From: Lytechinus pictus
Taxonomy: Eukaryota
Direction: 5' to 3'
Assembly (NCBI RefSeq): GCF_037042905.1
Contig: NC_087251.1
Coordinates: 15,564,001 to 15,628,000, forward strand
DNA: 64,000 bases
Below, one piece after another: positions 42,401 to 57,400 of this stretch. The notes under the pieces were generated by a model. That model worked only from the letters and a program-made list of their open reading frames with translations, was not told the DNA's origin and did no database searches. The position numbers were made by a program, and so were the translations under genes. Each line of letters starts with the position of its first letter. The first letter of the stretch is position 1.

Positions 42401-45400
42401 AATGCAATTATAGGGAAGCAGAAGATGGTGCCAGCGGTGGGATTTACACATCATCCAAAACCAGTGCCTATCTATCTCCAAGGTCAGCGTACACTATAAC
42501 ACTTTTATACATAAAAGAATTACACTGAATTATCAAGATTTTCAAACCATAACAGGATTAAAAGACCCCTCTTGTAGACACATTAATAATAGATAATAAT
42601 ATAGGATTTGTATAGCGCATGTATCCACCTTGCTAGCAGGCGCGTAGCCAGGGGGGCGTTGGGGGCAGTCGCCCCCACCCCCAAAACGTCCCCAAAAAGA
42701 AAAAAAAAAGGTAAAAAAGAGAGAGAGAAAAGGAAAAGCGAAGGGAGGAAAAAGGAAAGAAAGATAGCTTTGTGGGTTTTTCTTTTTATTCTTTTTTTTT
42801 CTCAAAAAAGAAACTCCTTCACTCTTGCTCTAAATTTATATATACACAACAAAAAAAGTAAGTCCCCCCTAAATCAAATTGCTGTAACTTTTGAACAGAA
42901 TTATTTTGAGATATGATATTTCGTAGGTGGTTTTCTACACTCATTAAGCAACTCCTGAAAAAAAAAATGAGATTAATCGGTCAAGTCATGCATGAGTAAT
43001 TAAAGATTGAATTAAAAATGACAATTTTTGAAAGTCACAAGAGTTGTTTTTCAGATTGTGCAAATACAAAGTTGGGCAAAAGTTGTTTTTAGGTGAATTT
43101 TATGGTGTTATGCTGTTTTACTATCCATCATTTAGCCACTCTACACACAGTTTTGATATCGTATGTTCGCGGCTGAGTGAGCACAAGGTATTGCAGGGGC
43201 CGCGGAAGCGGGGGGGGGGGCTTCAGCCCCCCACTTTTTTCCAAAAGCATGTACAAAAAATGTAAAAATGACCATACAATTGTGATATTTTGCATGGTCA
43301 GCCCCCCCCCCCACTTTGAAAACCGTTCCGCGGCCCCTGTATTGTGACGTATCATCATAGGGGTTTATGGTAGTATCCTCTACAACTTGTTAGATCATGT
43401 TAAAATTTGAAAATGTTGGTGGCTCCCCCGATTATAGGCCCCTCCCCCATTTTAAAATTCTGGATCCATCACTGATTTGTCCATGAATTAAACTGATCAT
43501 GAGAAATTGTTATGAAAAGAATACATTTATGCAGTATAAAGAGTATTCATTCCTAAGTTTTCGAATGTGCTCGCTCAACCATGAAAATGTTTAAAGTTCG
43601 GAAAGTGTGTGGTGATAGAAATGATGGATGATAAAAACAACAGCAATTAAAGTCACATTTGAAACCGAATTTGCCCCCAATATTCACTTTATTATCCTTT
43701 AAAATGAGTCTGTGACATTGAAAATACCAATTTTCCCACTTTCATGCGTGCTCACTCATCCGGAAATAAACAAATCGATTTCATTTTTGCACAGAATTCT
43801 GCCCATAGGTTGATAAACATTACTGCCAAATGGCATCGCTAAAGACAGCCTTGAAAAAAAGTTCCACCATATTGAATAAGGGGTTAGTTATTCTTAAACA
43901 TATGCACCCATAATGTACACAAGTCTATCAGAGAGGAAGTCAAAATTTTAACAAATATGAAATGAGGGTTTGTTTCATAGACGGTTTTTGTTACTTCTGC
44001 CAACAGTTTTTTCATGAAACTTCGCACATGGCTTCAGAGAAATACTATCCAAAAGGCGCGCACACCAAAATAACCTTTCGATACGGCACAGAGTGGGGCC
44101 AAGGCCTTGAACTTTCTTCTCATTTGCATAATTTTCGAATATTGTGTGCTCACTGATGCATTAAACATCGGGATTTTTATAAAAATCAAATCAAATGAAC
44201 TATGCAAGGAGGTTTGTGAGAGATATCCATAGTTACAAATTGCATTTTTTCCAATAACGTAAAAAAGAGCTAATCACATTCCACATGTTCATTCAAGCGT
44301 GAATGTTTAATTAAACGCCTTTGAATCATTGAAGCATGTTAATTGGTCATGAACATAACGAAAAAGTTGAGAAAAGATCATTTTCAGTTACCAAAATGAA
44401 ACAATACTTGCCTATGTTATTTGAAAATCGTATTTTTTGTTTTCAATAAATGTTCATTGAACCGTGAAACGATGAATATTGTTGAAGATACTCTTCCCAA
44501 AAATAACTGTCATCATATTCTATCATTTTTATTGATAGAAATGTGTAAAAAATCCAATTAGAGCAAATTTGGACTTGTGTTTATTCAACCGTGAAATTTA
44601 GCCAAAAAAGTTGTATCGTCTTTTAGAAAGTACCTTTTACAAGCCTTCTGACTATTTTTCATGATGAGAATGTGGAATTAGTTCCAATAAAATGGAATCA
44701 AAGCCATGATATTTGGCTTGTGACTTTTGAAAAGTGACATTTTTGCCTTCTGACCGTGCTCACTGACGCATGACGTAAAATACGTCCATAACATTTACTC
44801 AGAGGGTAGCTTATAAAATTATCTACACGCTCATGTAAAAATATATTAAAAAACTCGCATTGGTTCGGAAATTATTGATGTTTGTTTAAGGGGGGACTTA
44901 CTTTTTTTGTTGTGTATATATGAATTTTGAATGACACTTAAGTTTCTTTATCATTCAAAATGAAGCACATCAGGATAAGTCAAAAAAATTATACATCATC
45001 CTGTTTTATAAAATTTCAATAAATCACAGAAGTTTCAACTTTTTGCACACTATTTTCCTTGTAATGAAGTTCAATAATCTTAGAAAATCAATTGAATTAG
45101 AGCCGATGGGAGATATCTGCATTTGATGAAACGTCCGCCCTTTGAAATTTCAGAGTTTCATTGCTCTGCGTGGGGAGGAATATCTTCCTCCCGGCATATA
45201 TCCTTCTTCTCTTCTGTTTTGCGAGTTAAGATATGCACTGTCGCTAAATTGTTTGTAATCAAATCTGATCTTTCCAAGGGAAGTATTCAATATAACTTAG
45301 ACAATACCCTTTTCTCTGGACGCTTTTCTTTGCAAAAAAAATTAATAAAATGCTTTAGCTTCCACGCTTTGCACAGGGTTAATGTTATTTTAACTTCCTC

Positions 45401-48400
45401 CATTTTATCCCTTTTTTGTGCGATCACAGTCACTTTTGAAAACAAGATTCAAAATCACAATATAGTCAACTGAACTTTGGAGCTGATATAGGTACTAGAG
45501 ACAAGAGAGACGGCTCCTTTTCATTTGAATTTATGAAACACCGAAAACTCCCTGCACCCACCCCCTAAGTGTTGGCAAGCTTCGCGTGCATTTACCGCCC
45601 CTCCAAAATGGAATCCTGGCTACGCGGTTGCTTGCTAGGTGCTCAAGGCGCTCCTATATTAAGCTAGTCTACCGATTCTGGTGCGCACAGCTTTTTGAGG
45701 AATTACTTTCTGCCGGTACCCATTTACCTCACCTGGGTCGAGTGCAGCACAGTGTGGATAAATTTCTTGCTGAAGGAAAACACGCCATGGCTAGGATTCG
45801 AACCCATGACCCTCTGTTTCAAAGGCGAGAGTCAGAACGACTAGACCACGACGCGCCCACACTAAAGTAAGTACAACTAAGTGCACATTGCTCATATGTG
45901 CATCTAAAGAAAATGTAGGCCTATTGGATCAGATTCAAAGTGTGTGCACACTTTACGAAACCCAGAAGAAGATTTACATCAGGAGGCTGTATAAACTTCC
46001 TTTATGAATCCTAATTATCAAGTTCTATAATCCCATGGACATGCTGATTGGTTTTAACTGGTGTTCAATGAATGACAAAAGAGCAATGTAGACATAAGAG
46101 CCATGTATATTAAACACCTACCGATATCCTGATGACTGACTGAGTTTGTTCTGCCTATTTTGGTCCTTCCCTCCTGTAATGAAAATGAAAATAATGATGC
46201 AATTTACTGAGCATGAATTCTCCATCAGAGTGAAGAACGATGTGGGGCTCTAAAGTCAGACCCACCAGACAAAAAAAACTTCCATTTAGAGAGATGACTA
46301 ACTGCATTCAGAGAGCATAATGTTATACAATAAGTTTCATAACTTTTTCTCAATAAAACAATATGGTGTTGTTTGAAGGTTTGCATGGTGGTATGTACAA
46401 TCGCTGATGTGGTTTACGGTACACCATGTGAAGTGTTGTAGAAACAGTGGATAGGAGAAGAGAAGAAATGGATAGGCGAGAAAGTGGAGATTTGAGAGTA
46501 GAGTATTCTACTCCTGAAGACGGACAGTCAACCTGCCCGAAACGTCAAGTCTCTCTACTGCTCATCATCTCTACTCGCCGACTCAAGCCAGCATCTCCTC
46601 ACTAGCTCTACTACTCAAGCTGTTCTCAACTCATCAATCTTTCCTGGTTTACAGTCCTTTTCAGGACTACTTTCAAGAAAGAATACTCTACTCTCAAATC
46701 TCCACTTTCTTGCCTATCCATTTCTTCTCTTCTCCTATCCACTGTTTCTACAACACTTCACATGGTGTACCGTAAACCACATCAGCGAAAACAATATGGG
46801 TTGGAATATTTATAATAACCAGTCCACTCTTTCCAATAATATACTTTGTGTCTTTCTTCTTTTCTTTTTTTATTTTATTATTGATCACTTGAAAAATCAT
46901 CAGAGGATACTTGTTCATTTGTATTTTCCTCAATGAAGAAATAGAGGGAATCATATAGTTACACACCCTTATGCACTCTTCTTTGTCTTTTTATTTCCTT
47001 CCTCTCTTTCTTCATTATTTGATCACTGGCAAGATCATGAGAAGAATGATGCTATTAAAATTGATTTTTTTCTAAATGAAAAAATAAATAGGGTATCATA
47101 TAGATACAATAAGTTACTGTTCAGCGCTTTCCTTTCTTTTTTCCCTTTCTCTTGTTTATTGCCTAAATAATAATGAAAGGCTTTGTTCCCTGGCAACCTG
47201 CCACCATGTGACACCACTTCTGGCTTCCAAAAGACTTCTCCCAAAATCTATTTGAATATCAATGGTAAATACCTTGTAAAATAACCTTAAAAACGAACAT
47301 ACATAAGCTTTTCGACATGCACTCATCAGAGAAAAATTGAATACCTTGAGATGATAAAGGATGATACCGGTACTAAGAAGATCATCATCCATACCGATAA
47401 GATGAGGTAGCTCAGATTCTACGATCACTCCGACACTCTCCTTACGAATCCCAACATTGCATTCCTAGATAATCAAGAGAAAACAGGAAAAATAAATATG
47501 TTGTGTCCTTTCATGACAAATAAATTTATCACGATTATTTCAATATTACACCAGGGGCTGAAACACAAAGCTTAGCAATTAATCATACGGCTAGTTTGTA
47601 AGCCTGATTGAACATGATGATCAATGAAGATAATCTTAAAATCAGTCCTACGATCAAGGGCTAAACTTGTGTTATTGGGCAAAGGCTTATAAATAATATA
47701 GACCTGAAAGTTATTGAATCACAAGAATGCATGAAATGTGTAACTGTCTAGAAATATCTATGCCTATTATAACATAGTGGATATTTCAAATAGTATTAGA
47801 ACATACCCGAATGATGATGATAATGAAAATGTGTTCTCTGACTCAAAGCAAGACCTTCTGATGCAAGCTTAAAGTCTGTAGCATTTGTCATCAATGCAAT
47901 GTAAAATCATTGAACAAGTGAGAGCTCGTAAAATCCGATAATTTGAGAAGGATCAGTAAACCCATCATCCCTTTGACTCAGCCTAAATCAGCAACATTCT
48001 CTACTTGGTATCACAGCACATACTTTCCACTGAAATCAAGGCAAGGCAATGAGAGATCAGACCTACTGAGAACAACAAATAATGTTGTTGATGAAAACAT
48101 GATATAAAGTTTATATAACCTTACCTGCATGATGCGAGCTGCATTACTCCACTTCTCCACCCAAGCTTCTGTCAGTTGATCAACTCTTTGCTCGTTCTCT
48201 TGCAGCATACGACAGATGTTTTGGTCTTGAATCAATGAAGCTTGTGAACTCGCCTGTATCAAAACAATAATTATTGCAGTTTATTATTAAATATGAAAAT
48301 CAGAAAACAACATAGGACATGAAAGTGCAAGGATATTTTCTTAAAGCCTGTATTATGTTTTGATAGATTCAATGATGTGAATTCCATTGAGACTAATATC

Positions 48401-51400
48401 CTTACATTCAATTAATTTATCATCACTGTTTGAATCTTTAAAAATATTTGAATTTTGTCACTATATCTGATTGAGAGTTCTCTTTTATTGATGTCACAAT
48501 TTGTCTTATGGAGGCCTTTTCAAACACTTCTCTCATAAGATTTCAAATCAGATTTTCACACATGCATTGCATGATATGATCTTTCATTTCATCTGACTAA
48601 AGCATCTACTACTTCAACTCAACATCATCAAATTAGAATTCATATGGTACTTATGACAACAATTTAAGGCATTCTAATTCAATATATATATTTATATATT
48701 GAAATGTATAAAATAAATGGCAAACAAACTCTTGGCCCAATCACTTATAGTATCAGCCTTATCAATGATTGCTTGATTATCTATTACAGTTATCACACCA
48801 ACAAAGGGTTAACAATTAAGAGCAAACAAGAATTATTTCAGTATCCTAATACTGTAGCAGCCTTTAGAATTATAACAAGCTGATTTGAATTAAACCTCAC
48901 ACTACATGTAATTTATATTATCAAAATAATCAAATAATGTATCTATAGTTAAAAGCTTGATGTTTAATAAGATGCAAAATTAAGTACACACAATTTTTTA
49001 AAAATTCATTATCTAATTTTTCATTCATGTAATAATCTAAGACCTATTTGTATGATTTCATTTTCAATACTTTAAATTATTCATAACATTCCAACTTCCA
49101 ACCCTTGAATCATTTGTAAGCAGGGCTCTAAAATTTGGCTCTATCCTGCAGTCATTGATATGCAGAACATGTCACATGAAATAATTTTTGACTACTATCT
49201 ATATCATAATGAAGCTACATTCAACTTTAAGTCATCATTTAATTTGCTTATGGAAGCAAATTAGTAATCTTTTAGATGTATTACTTTATTTTTCAAAAAG
49301 AGGTAGATGGACACTTATCTTGAAATAGGGTAAATGCTATCTTGCATTCATTAAAAAAAATGCACATTACAATGAAAAGATAAGATTATTCAACTCAATA
49401 GATAACATTGAATAACATTGTCTTCACAGAGGAGAATAGTCTTATGCAATAACACATACTCCTCTTCTAAATGGCCTGTTGCATGCAAGACACAGGCCAC
49501 ATAACACAATTACACAAACAGCCAGAAGACAAGAATATTATACACAATAATGTGTGCACTATGACATCTTTTTCTCGCTTCTATTAAAAAAGGCCTTGAT
49601 ATAATATATATTGGAATACATGTACGGGTACTTGGGAAGCTGCATCACACGTTATCAAGCAAACAAAAATAACAAGACAGGAATACTCTTCTCAATGCAT
49701 GTACACCATCACATCTCACAATGGTAACTCACCAGGCTAGCGCTGTTCAGAAGCATCCGTAACCTGTCGATCTCTGCCCTCAGCTCGCGGATCAGCCTCA
49801 CATTACGATCCTGTGGAGGGGGAGAAAGTTGGTGAAGGAATATTACGCCATGAGCTCTCCGCTTCATCATAATCAATTTTTACTTTTGAAGGTTTTCTAC
49901 AAGATGGCGGAGTTGCTACATAATGACTGTGATGTCAATATTAAAATGTCAAACACAGAGACAGAGCAAGAGAGAATTGCTCCGTGCCGTTGATGAGGGA
50001 ATTGGACTTGGTAGCGGCTGTGCAGCACGAATGCTAATAAAACATCCAGGCCTCAGGAAATGGCACAATGGTTCATAAAAGATGCACACACTTGAACAAA
50101 CCTCAGAAACCCCAGCCACTGCAAGGGAGGCACATCTTAAAAGAAGGCGTCAATACAGGGGTAGTATTACCCTAGTCTGTACGCATGGTCGGGTTGTTAG
50201 GATTGTTTTACAAGACAATATTTGATATAGATACGCTATCAAGAGGTTACCAAAGGGTTTAAAAAACAAAGCATACCAAAGGAGGTTCATTAGGAGGGAT
50301 AGTCATATCTCAAGTATGCATGCATAAGAACAGTTATATTTAACTCAACAAAACAAGCTATGTTCATGCACAGGTACATGAAGGTTTTTGTAAATTATGT
50401 ATATGGGCCCTGCAGTAACAAGATTGTTATCAAGTTTTGATGAGGTAATATTGATGGCATTTGCAATCAGTCGATGTAAACAATGGAGGCTTGTCACACT
50501 GGTAAATACAGTCCTGAGTATTAAGGCATCTTACGAGAGGTCAGAGCATGGTGGTAGACAGAGCTGACCCTCATGCATGCATCTTTTCATTGCAGATCTT
50601 CACATCATAGACAAAACAATGGGGAATGAAGGAAAGCTGCTCCTAACAGCTAGCAGGACTAGTGTTAAAAGACTTGGCTCTGAATTTTAGTAAAGTGCTA
50701 TAAATTGATGAATGATATCAAGATCATCTTTTATACTTAACAAAAGCTTTGTAATCAATTTTATCAAAAAATACAGATTTTAGCCAAAGCAATATAAGAA
50801 ATAATAACATAATGTACAACTTGATGCATAGTTCATGGTTGTATATTGATAATAATGGATGAGTAGACTGAAATAAAGAATCAAATCAATCTTACATAGG
50901 AAATTCATCAATAGCTCCTCTCTAAAAAAGGAGAAATGTTGTTGAAAGAGATTTTACAAATATCAATTGATACATTCAATGAATGAGCACAACCAAAACG
51001 GAAACAAGAAAATGCCAGATTTGGATTGCATTAAAAACTGAATATAAAGTAGTAGTGAATAAAAAAGTCATCCCTTAAAAATTGTGCAAATGGACAATGA
51101 AGAATAATAGGCCTAGATGGTTCACAAAGAGGAGCAATGATTTAATCATAATTGTTAAAGTAGAAAAAAATCAAAAACATTAATAACTTACCTCATTAAT
51201 GATGGGTTGATTGACTATGTGTTTGGCCCGTCTTGCATACCTCAATGTGCTCATTGTTTCATTATAATGTATGGAAGCTGGTGAGATCGCTATAAAAGAA
51301 AACCAATGATAACATTAAATTTATTCTTCGTTTATGAATTTACAAGGTGACTGACATGTAAATGGAAAGACATCATATTGCAGCACAACGATAATCTCCA

Positions 51401-54400
51401 AAATGAAATTTTAAAAAATGACATTTTAAAACAGCACTAGACAATATCTATAAGTTTAGTCATAAATATTCAAACCCAAGGGACATTATGCATCAAGTAA
51501 CCCTTGTGACCTGGATTATTCAGGAAAGTAAAGATCTCTAATTTAACTGATGTTTTCATCAGATCTATCATTTCTTACATTGCCAGTTTAGCAAAACATT
51601 TCGAAGAAAACAATTCATTGCAAAAACCTCATTTGAATGCAAGCTATTGAAGTATAAAAACTTGACATCAACATTAGCAGCAAACTGACATTTGAATTAG
51701 ACTATATTAAACTATGTACAGAAAATCAAAATGAAAATTCTGAGTGACAAAGAGGACATATGCACAGTTTGGGCACAGATCATTTTAACATTATATTATT
51801 ATATATTCTATTATCACAAGACAATTAGATTTATAAAATAAAAAGGAAGAATATAACCCAAGAACCTAACTAGAGCAGGAAGAAAATGTAGCTTGTTTTG
51901 ATCACAAATGGACATCTTACACTAAAGCTCATTTGCAATCTGAAACATCAAAACAAATTGGCAAGGCAGTCACATTACACAAATCACATGTCAACTTTAC
52001 CCACTCACATCACATAATTTATCCCTGGGTCTGCTAGACTCAAGCTGTTGCCATCACACAATCCAAAATTACTGCATTTATTTATCACCATCAGACTCCT
52101 AGAAAATTCACAGGTTTCTCAACACTCCTTTACAACACAAACAGGTAGCACATGTCCCAAACGCTAATGGGTCTTCGACCAACACTCACAAACAAGTAGC
52201 CGCTATACATATATAGAGGTGTCATGTTCCAAGCATTGTCCCGCAAAAGCAAAGGAGACCCCGCAAATTGAAAGGCCTTTTAGGTGAGCGGCCAGAAGCC
52301 AAAAAGTGGCTTATTTCTTGACTTTAATCCCCCCGGCTGGATCAAAGCAAAATCATACATCAAATTAAAGGAAATTTTCTGAATTTTTCGGAATTGGGCA
52401 TTAAAAGTGACGTAATGTGTAGCATCACCATGGAAACCGGCCTTGATTAAGCCACGCCCATTTTAAATACCTATTGAATGTTTATCGTGAATACTGATTT
52501 TTTTACTCATTAATTTAAATTATCAGGTATTTTTTCTTATTTTAAAAGGATAGTTCCACTATATATTGTAAGAATGATTACTGAATAACAACTTAGCATG
52601 AATTTTATGAACATTTTCTCAGAAATTGTTTCCTAGCAACATAACTTTCCTTAGCAACCAGTTAGCTCCTTAAGTAAACCACTTATTTTTCCATTTCAAA
52701 CCTAACTTTTAACTTTTTAACTAGGTTAGATTAAACCTAATAAGTTGCACCAATGAAATTCTATGGAGTATTATTGAAAAATAATTAAAAGAACTAAAAA
52801 ACCCCATTTTAACTATTGCGAACCTCAAATAAATTTGCTAAGCTCTACTTAACACACCCCCTTCTATCGTACAAATCGCCATATTATTGTTCATTTTGAC
52901 TACATTGATACACGTACGTACAAGTCACATACTTTATACTATTTTGTGGTGAAAAAGAGGATTGAGTCAATAATACCTGTTCAATTAACATGCAGTATCT
53001 TGTCTTCAATAGAACATCAACAAAATTACCATTTCACATTACCCATGGATACCAATTCATTGCCTAGCAACGACTATTTTCCATAGCAACGACTATGATA
53101 ACGACTCTCCTCCCTGGACAAATCTGTGTAAAAATAGTTCATTATGAGCAATAATACTGACACAATTATCATTTAGATGCCTACAACCTCGGAATAGAGT
53201 AAAAATATTGAGAAAATTAACATATGATAGTTTGTTAAACAGTATTCAGAGATTTATCATCATCTACTGACACAATTCCATTGCCTAGCAACACTATTTA
53301 CCTTAGCAACGATGTATTTTCCCCTTAAACAATCTTGAGGAAAATAATCCACTTTTAAGTGTACAATACCATTTGTAAAGGGATGGTCCAGGCTGTAAAT
53401 ATTTCTATCTAAATAAATAAAGTAAAATTCACAAAGCAAAATGCTGAAAATTTGATTGAAATCGGATAACAAATAAAGTTATTGAATTTTAAAGTTTATC
53501 AATATATTGTGAAAACAGTTATATGCACATCGTCATGAATATTCATTAGGTGGGCTGATGATGTCACATCCCCACTTTCCTTTTTTTTTTATAGTTTATT
53601 AATTACATGAAATCATAAATGTTTCCTTATTTCATACATGCGTACATGATGTGTCTGCAATATGATGAAATAAGTTGCGGCAATAAATAACTAATGTACT
53701 TAATCAGTTGTCAATCCAATTGTTTCTTGGTAGAAATATTTTAAATAAACCTAATTTCATATAATAAAATACAAAAGAACAAGTGGGGATATGACATCAT
53801 CAGCCCACCTAATGAATATTCATAAAGACATACCTAGAACTGTTTTACCGGAAATACGCAAATCTTTAAAATTCAATAACTTTGTTATTTGGTATCCGAT
53901 TTCAATCAAATTTTCAGCATTTTGCTTTTTTAATTTTACTCTATTTAGATAAAAATATCTCCAGCCTGGACCATCCCATTAAATAATATGCCTACATGCA
54001 TACTGGCAATGGCAAATTAAAGGACACCACTTAATTTCTCTCATTTCTAAAAATAATCATTTATCCTTGTTTGTATATTGCTTGTCTACAAATTCTTAAC
54101 AGTACGATGAGCATGGTATTTAAACTTAATCGTATAAAAAGAGCAGCTACAAAGAGAAATGTAAATGTTGAAGATATAAAGAGATTAATATGGTTTGGAG
54201 GATTAATAGCTGAGTACATAACATATTTTTTCGCTCTTGGCTGCATATTCCTCAAGTGAATATGGAATGGTTAACAAATGGATGTGACTTGTCAAATATA
54301 CCTAGTCACCCATGCATGTCCAACTTCCAAGTTTGTGTCTGTGTGGAGGCTGTAGCCCAAAGATGCCAAAGCTGTGAGTTCGATAAGTTTCTGTTGAATA

Positions 54401-57400
54401 CTATTAATAAGTGTCAGAAGTTTAATCACAGGGAACTTATGATGTCACTTTCAATCTGATAACTGTCAATAAATCAGAGGGATGAAAGTATGGAAACTTG
54501 GGATCTTAGGCCTTAATATGGTGGTTGTTTACCTGATTGCTATGAAAGCATGAATGTTTGTAAGCAAACAACCAGAGGACCGACAGCTCCATGTCCTCTC
54601 CGAGACCTGGTAATGAGGATGCGCCTTTCTAAAGAGCACTAATGTACCAAGTGGGAATCAAATTCAGGTCACCGGAATCCGAAACCCCCGCTCTACCGAC
54701 TGAGCTATCATTCCTGATTAGGCCAAGAAAATGACAAGAAAACTATTAAGGATAGAAAGGTTTACTAAATTGGGAGATGTTTTCTATGTCTAAGTGTCAT
54801 TATGTAATATGTCATGATGTTTGCACACATCTGCTGAATAGAGACAACCAGGGAAGGGCATACAATAAAAGTCCCTGAATATAGAGAGGAGGCATATCAG
54901 CTTAAGTGGTCTTTGATGTTGTCCTTCAGGTATTTTCTGCCACATCGATATTGTCAGTGACTCCGGCTGTTAAAAACTGATGCCTTAAATACTCAGTTTA
55001 AGAAAATATGTCTGAATGAAAAGACAATGATTCCCCTCACCATGCATACATATGTAAAGGACATTGACAAAGCTTCGGAAAAACAGGTACACATGCCACT
55101 ATTGTAGGTCTTACACTAACGCTACTGTTCGTTCCATGGAGATTTAGATCAATATAAATCTTTAAAGACATCCATGGTATAAGAAATATGTCAAAGAATA
55201 TATCTAAAACTGATGTAATTGGGATGATGCCCCTACAGTATTGGTAAAACATACTAATCTGTATTTGTAATGATGAATCTAAATTACAGCCATAATTTTG
55301 TATCACTGCTTTAATGGAGTGGGAAAACATTGAACTGTGCAATAATCTCTAAATAATTACTCCTTTGTGTGCCATAGTGATTATTTGGCAAGTCTAACTC
55401 CTTACTGTGCTATAAATCATATCTGAGCCAATCCAGAAAGACCCCCAACTTAGTGTATTCCACCTTAAAACAGAGAGCAGATAAAAAAAAACTGAGGATC
55501 AAATGGTAACAAGTCAACCTATCATGGCCTCATTCTAGACCGTTCTTTTTCATGAAAAGAACATGCTTCCAAAACAAATGCAAAATTTGGAGCAAGGAAT
55601 ATCATTCTGAAGAAGCTGGGAAACAGATGGGGAATTGAGAGATGCCAAATCTATCTGTACCACAGCTCTTGCTCTATGCTTCTCCACTGCTGAGTACGCA
55701 GCCCTTGGTGACAAGTCTTAAATGGAGCTTGCAGAGCCATCACTGGCTGTTTGCGACTAACAGAAGTGAGTGATCTTTACATTCTCTGTATTATTGCCCT
55801 ATCGTACATCAGAAGAGAAGTCATCAGCACAGAAGAAAGAAAAAAACAATCAAGAGGATAGTATTCCACTCGTCAACCATGAACTTGCCAAGAGACTCAA
55901 ATCTAGACACAGTTTTCTCCACTTAACAGAATCCCTTGGCATGCATGATGACTCTGCACGCATGAAAGCGTCACCCTCTGGTCTAACAATCTCCAGTCTG
56001 TGATGCACAATCTCACCTATGGACTTAGTACATCACTCTCCAGGTCCAAGTGAAGAATGGCCTACCTGATCTTGTTTAAATCGCCTATGGGGCTACAATA
56101 GGGATGGAGAAACTACCTGCAACTGTAAGGATGATCATAGGATACATTTTTGTGTCTGCTCCCTCCTACCAGAGCTATGAACTGCCACTGCCTTTGCCAC
56201 TGCACTAGAATCTTTTCACAGGAAAGCTACATGTAGATCTTGTACCATTAACAGGACATGACATCTTTAATGAACTAAGAAGAAGTGTGTCATTAATTAT
56301 CTGACTGGTAGAAGACACCTATTTATGGTAATCTGACATTTGGAAGGGGAGGGGGCAGGGACTTGATTGGTTCCTGATGGGGTTGTCGGTTAGGTTTAAA
56401 CTTTGCTGAAAACGGTGCCTATATTCTGATTGTTAGTGTTTTAAGGTGAAATTGCAATATACCAGTTCGTAGTTACTTATGGACATTTTTGGTCAAATGA
56501 CCTTTCATTTATTTCATTATGATAGGCAGATTTCAAAGCAAGATATTACATAAGCTTGCCTTACATAGCAGGATGAAGAAATTGAATAGACCAGGTGAGT
56601 AGAATAGCACACCAATGAACACTTTATGAAGGTATTTGTTGCATTCCTACTTTGAATGCATTTGAATGCAGACCAAAAGGTGATGCACTGTCTGATCCTC
56701 TCCTCAGTCGTAGATAGTGTCTGCATCCCTGCTCAGTGTAGCCCCGAATTGCATATTAAGGACTTTGCACCTTCCTGTTCCAGACCATAGGCGATTGAGA
56801 CATAGCCAGGATGGCCATTCGTCACTTGTACATGGGGGCCACATTCGCTAGGTCACATGGAAAGCTTTTGCGTCACAGACTAGAGGTGGTTTGACCATAG
56901 GGGGATCCTTTGGTTGTGTGCATAGCCATTAAGGGATTCAGTCAAGTGAAGGAAACTGTCTTGATTCGAGTCTCTTTTTGGCAGGTTCAGAGTTAAAGAG
57001 TGGAAGAAAAAGGAATTTTTTTTGCTTGTTTTTCCACCTGTGCTGATACCTCTATGTGTGGGGGACTGTGTCACACAATAGGTAAAGATCATTTACTCTT
57101 TTTGGTAGCAGACAGTCGGAAATTGCTCTGCAAATAGCATTCAGGACTGGGTTAAACTTGTAGAATACAGCAGAGCTGTTGAACGGATGATATGGCATCA
57201 GCTCCCCATATCGTGCTAGCAAGCCTCTTTTTGATGTTGTTCCTTTCTCCAGCTTTTGCCTTTGTCTTGGCAACATATTCTTTGTATGCAAGAGTGACGT
57301 CAAGGTAGGCAAGCTCGCTGGTGTGATTCGTTCACTTTCAAGTTTCAACACCATCTGACCATCAGTTTACGGTCTGCATCTCTATCGTTAAGGTGGGAGA

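Larger units (their letters stand above)
42637..45630. mobile_element. Non-autonomous hAT element
   Basis: TIR caggcgcgtagccagg / cctggctacgcggttg; perfect 8-bp TSD CTTGCTAG (42629-42636, 45631-45638). Confidence 0.88.
42585..45858 (-). mobile_element. tRNA-derived SINE split by a hAT insertion (head 45639-45858, tail 42585-42628)
   Basis: B-box ggttcgaatcc and A-box gtggtctagtcg on the minus strand; (taa)n tail; the two halves rejoin across the TSD. Confidence 0.8.

Noticed and set aside
45780..45858. tRNA gene (also 54640-54712 and 1209-1285)
   Set aside because: Degenerate cloverleaf attached to SINE body sequence; these are SINE heads, not tRNAs
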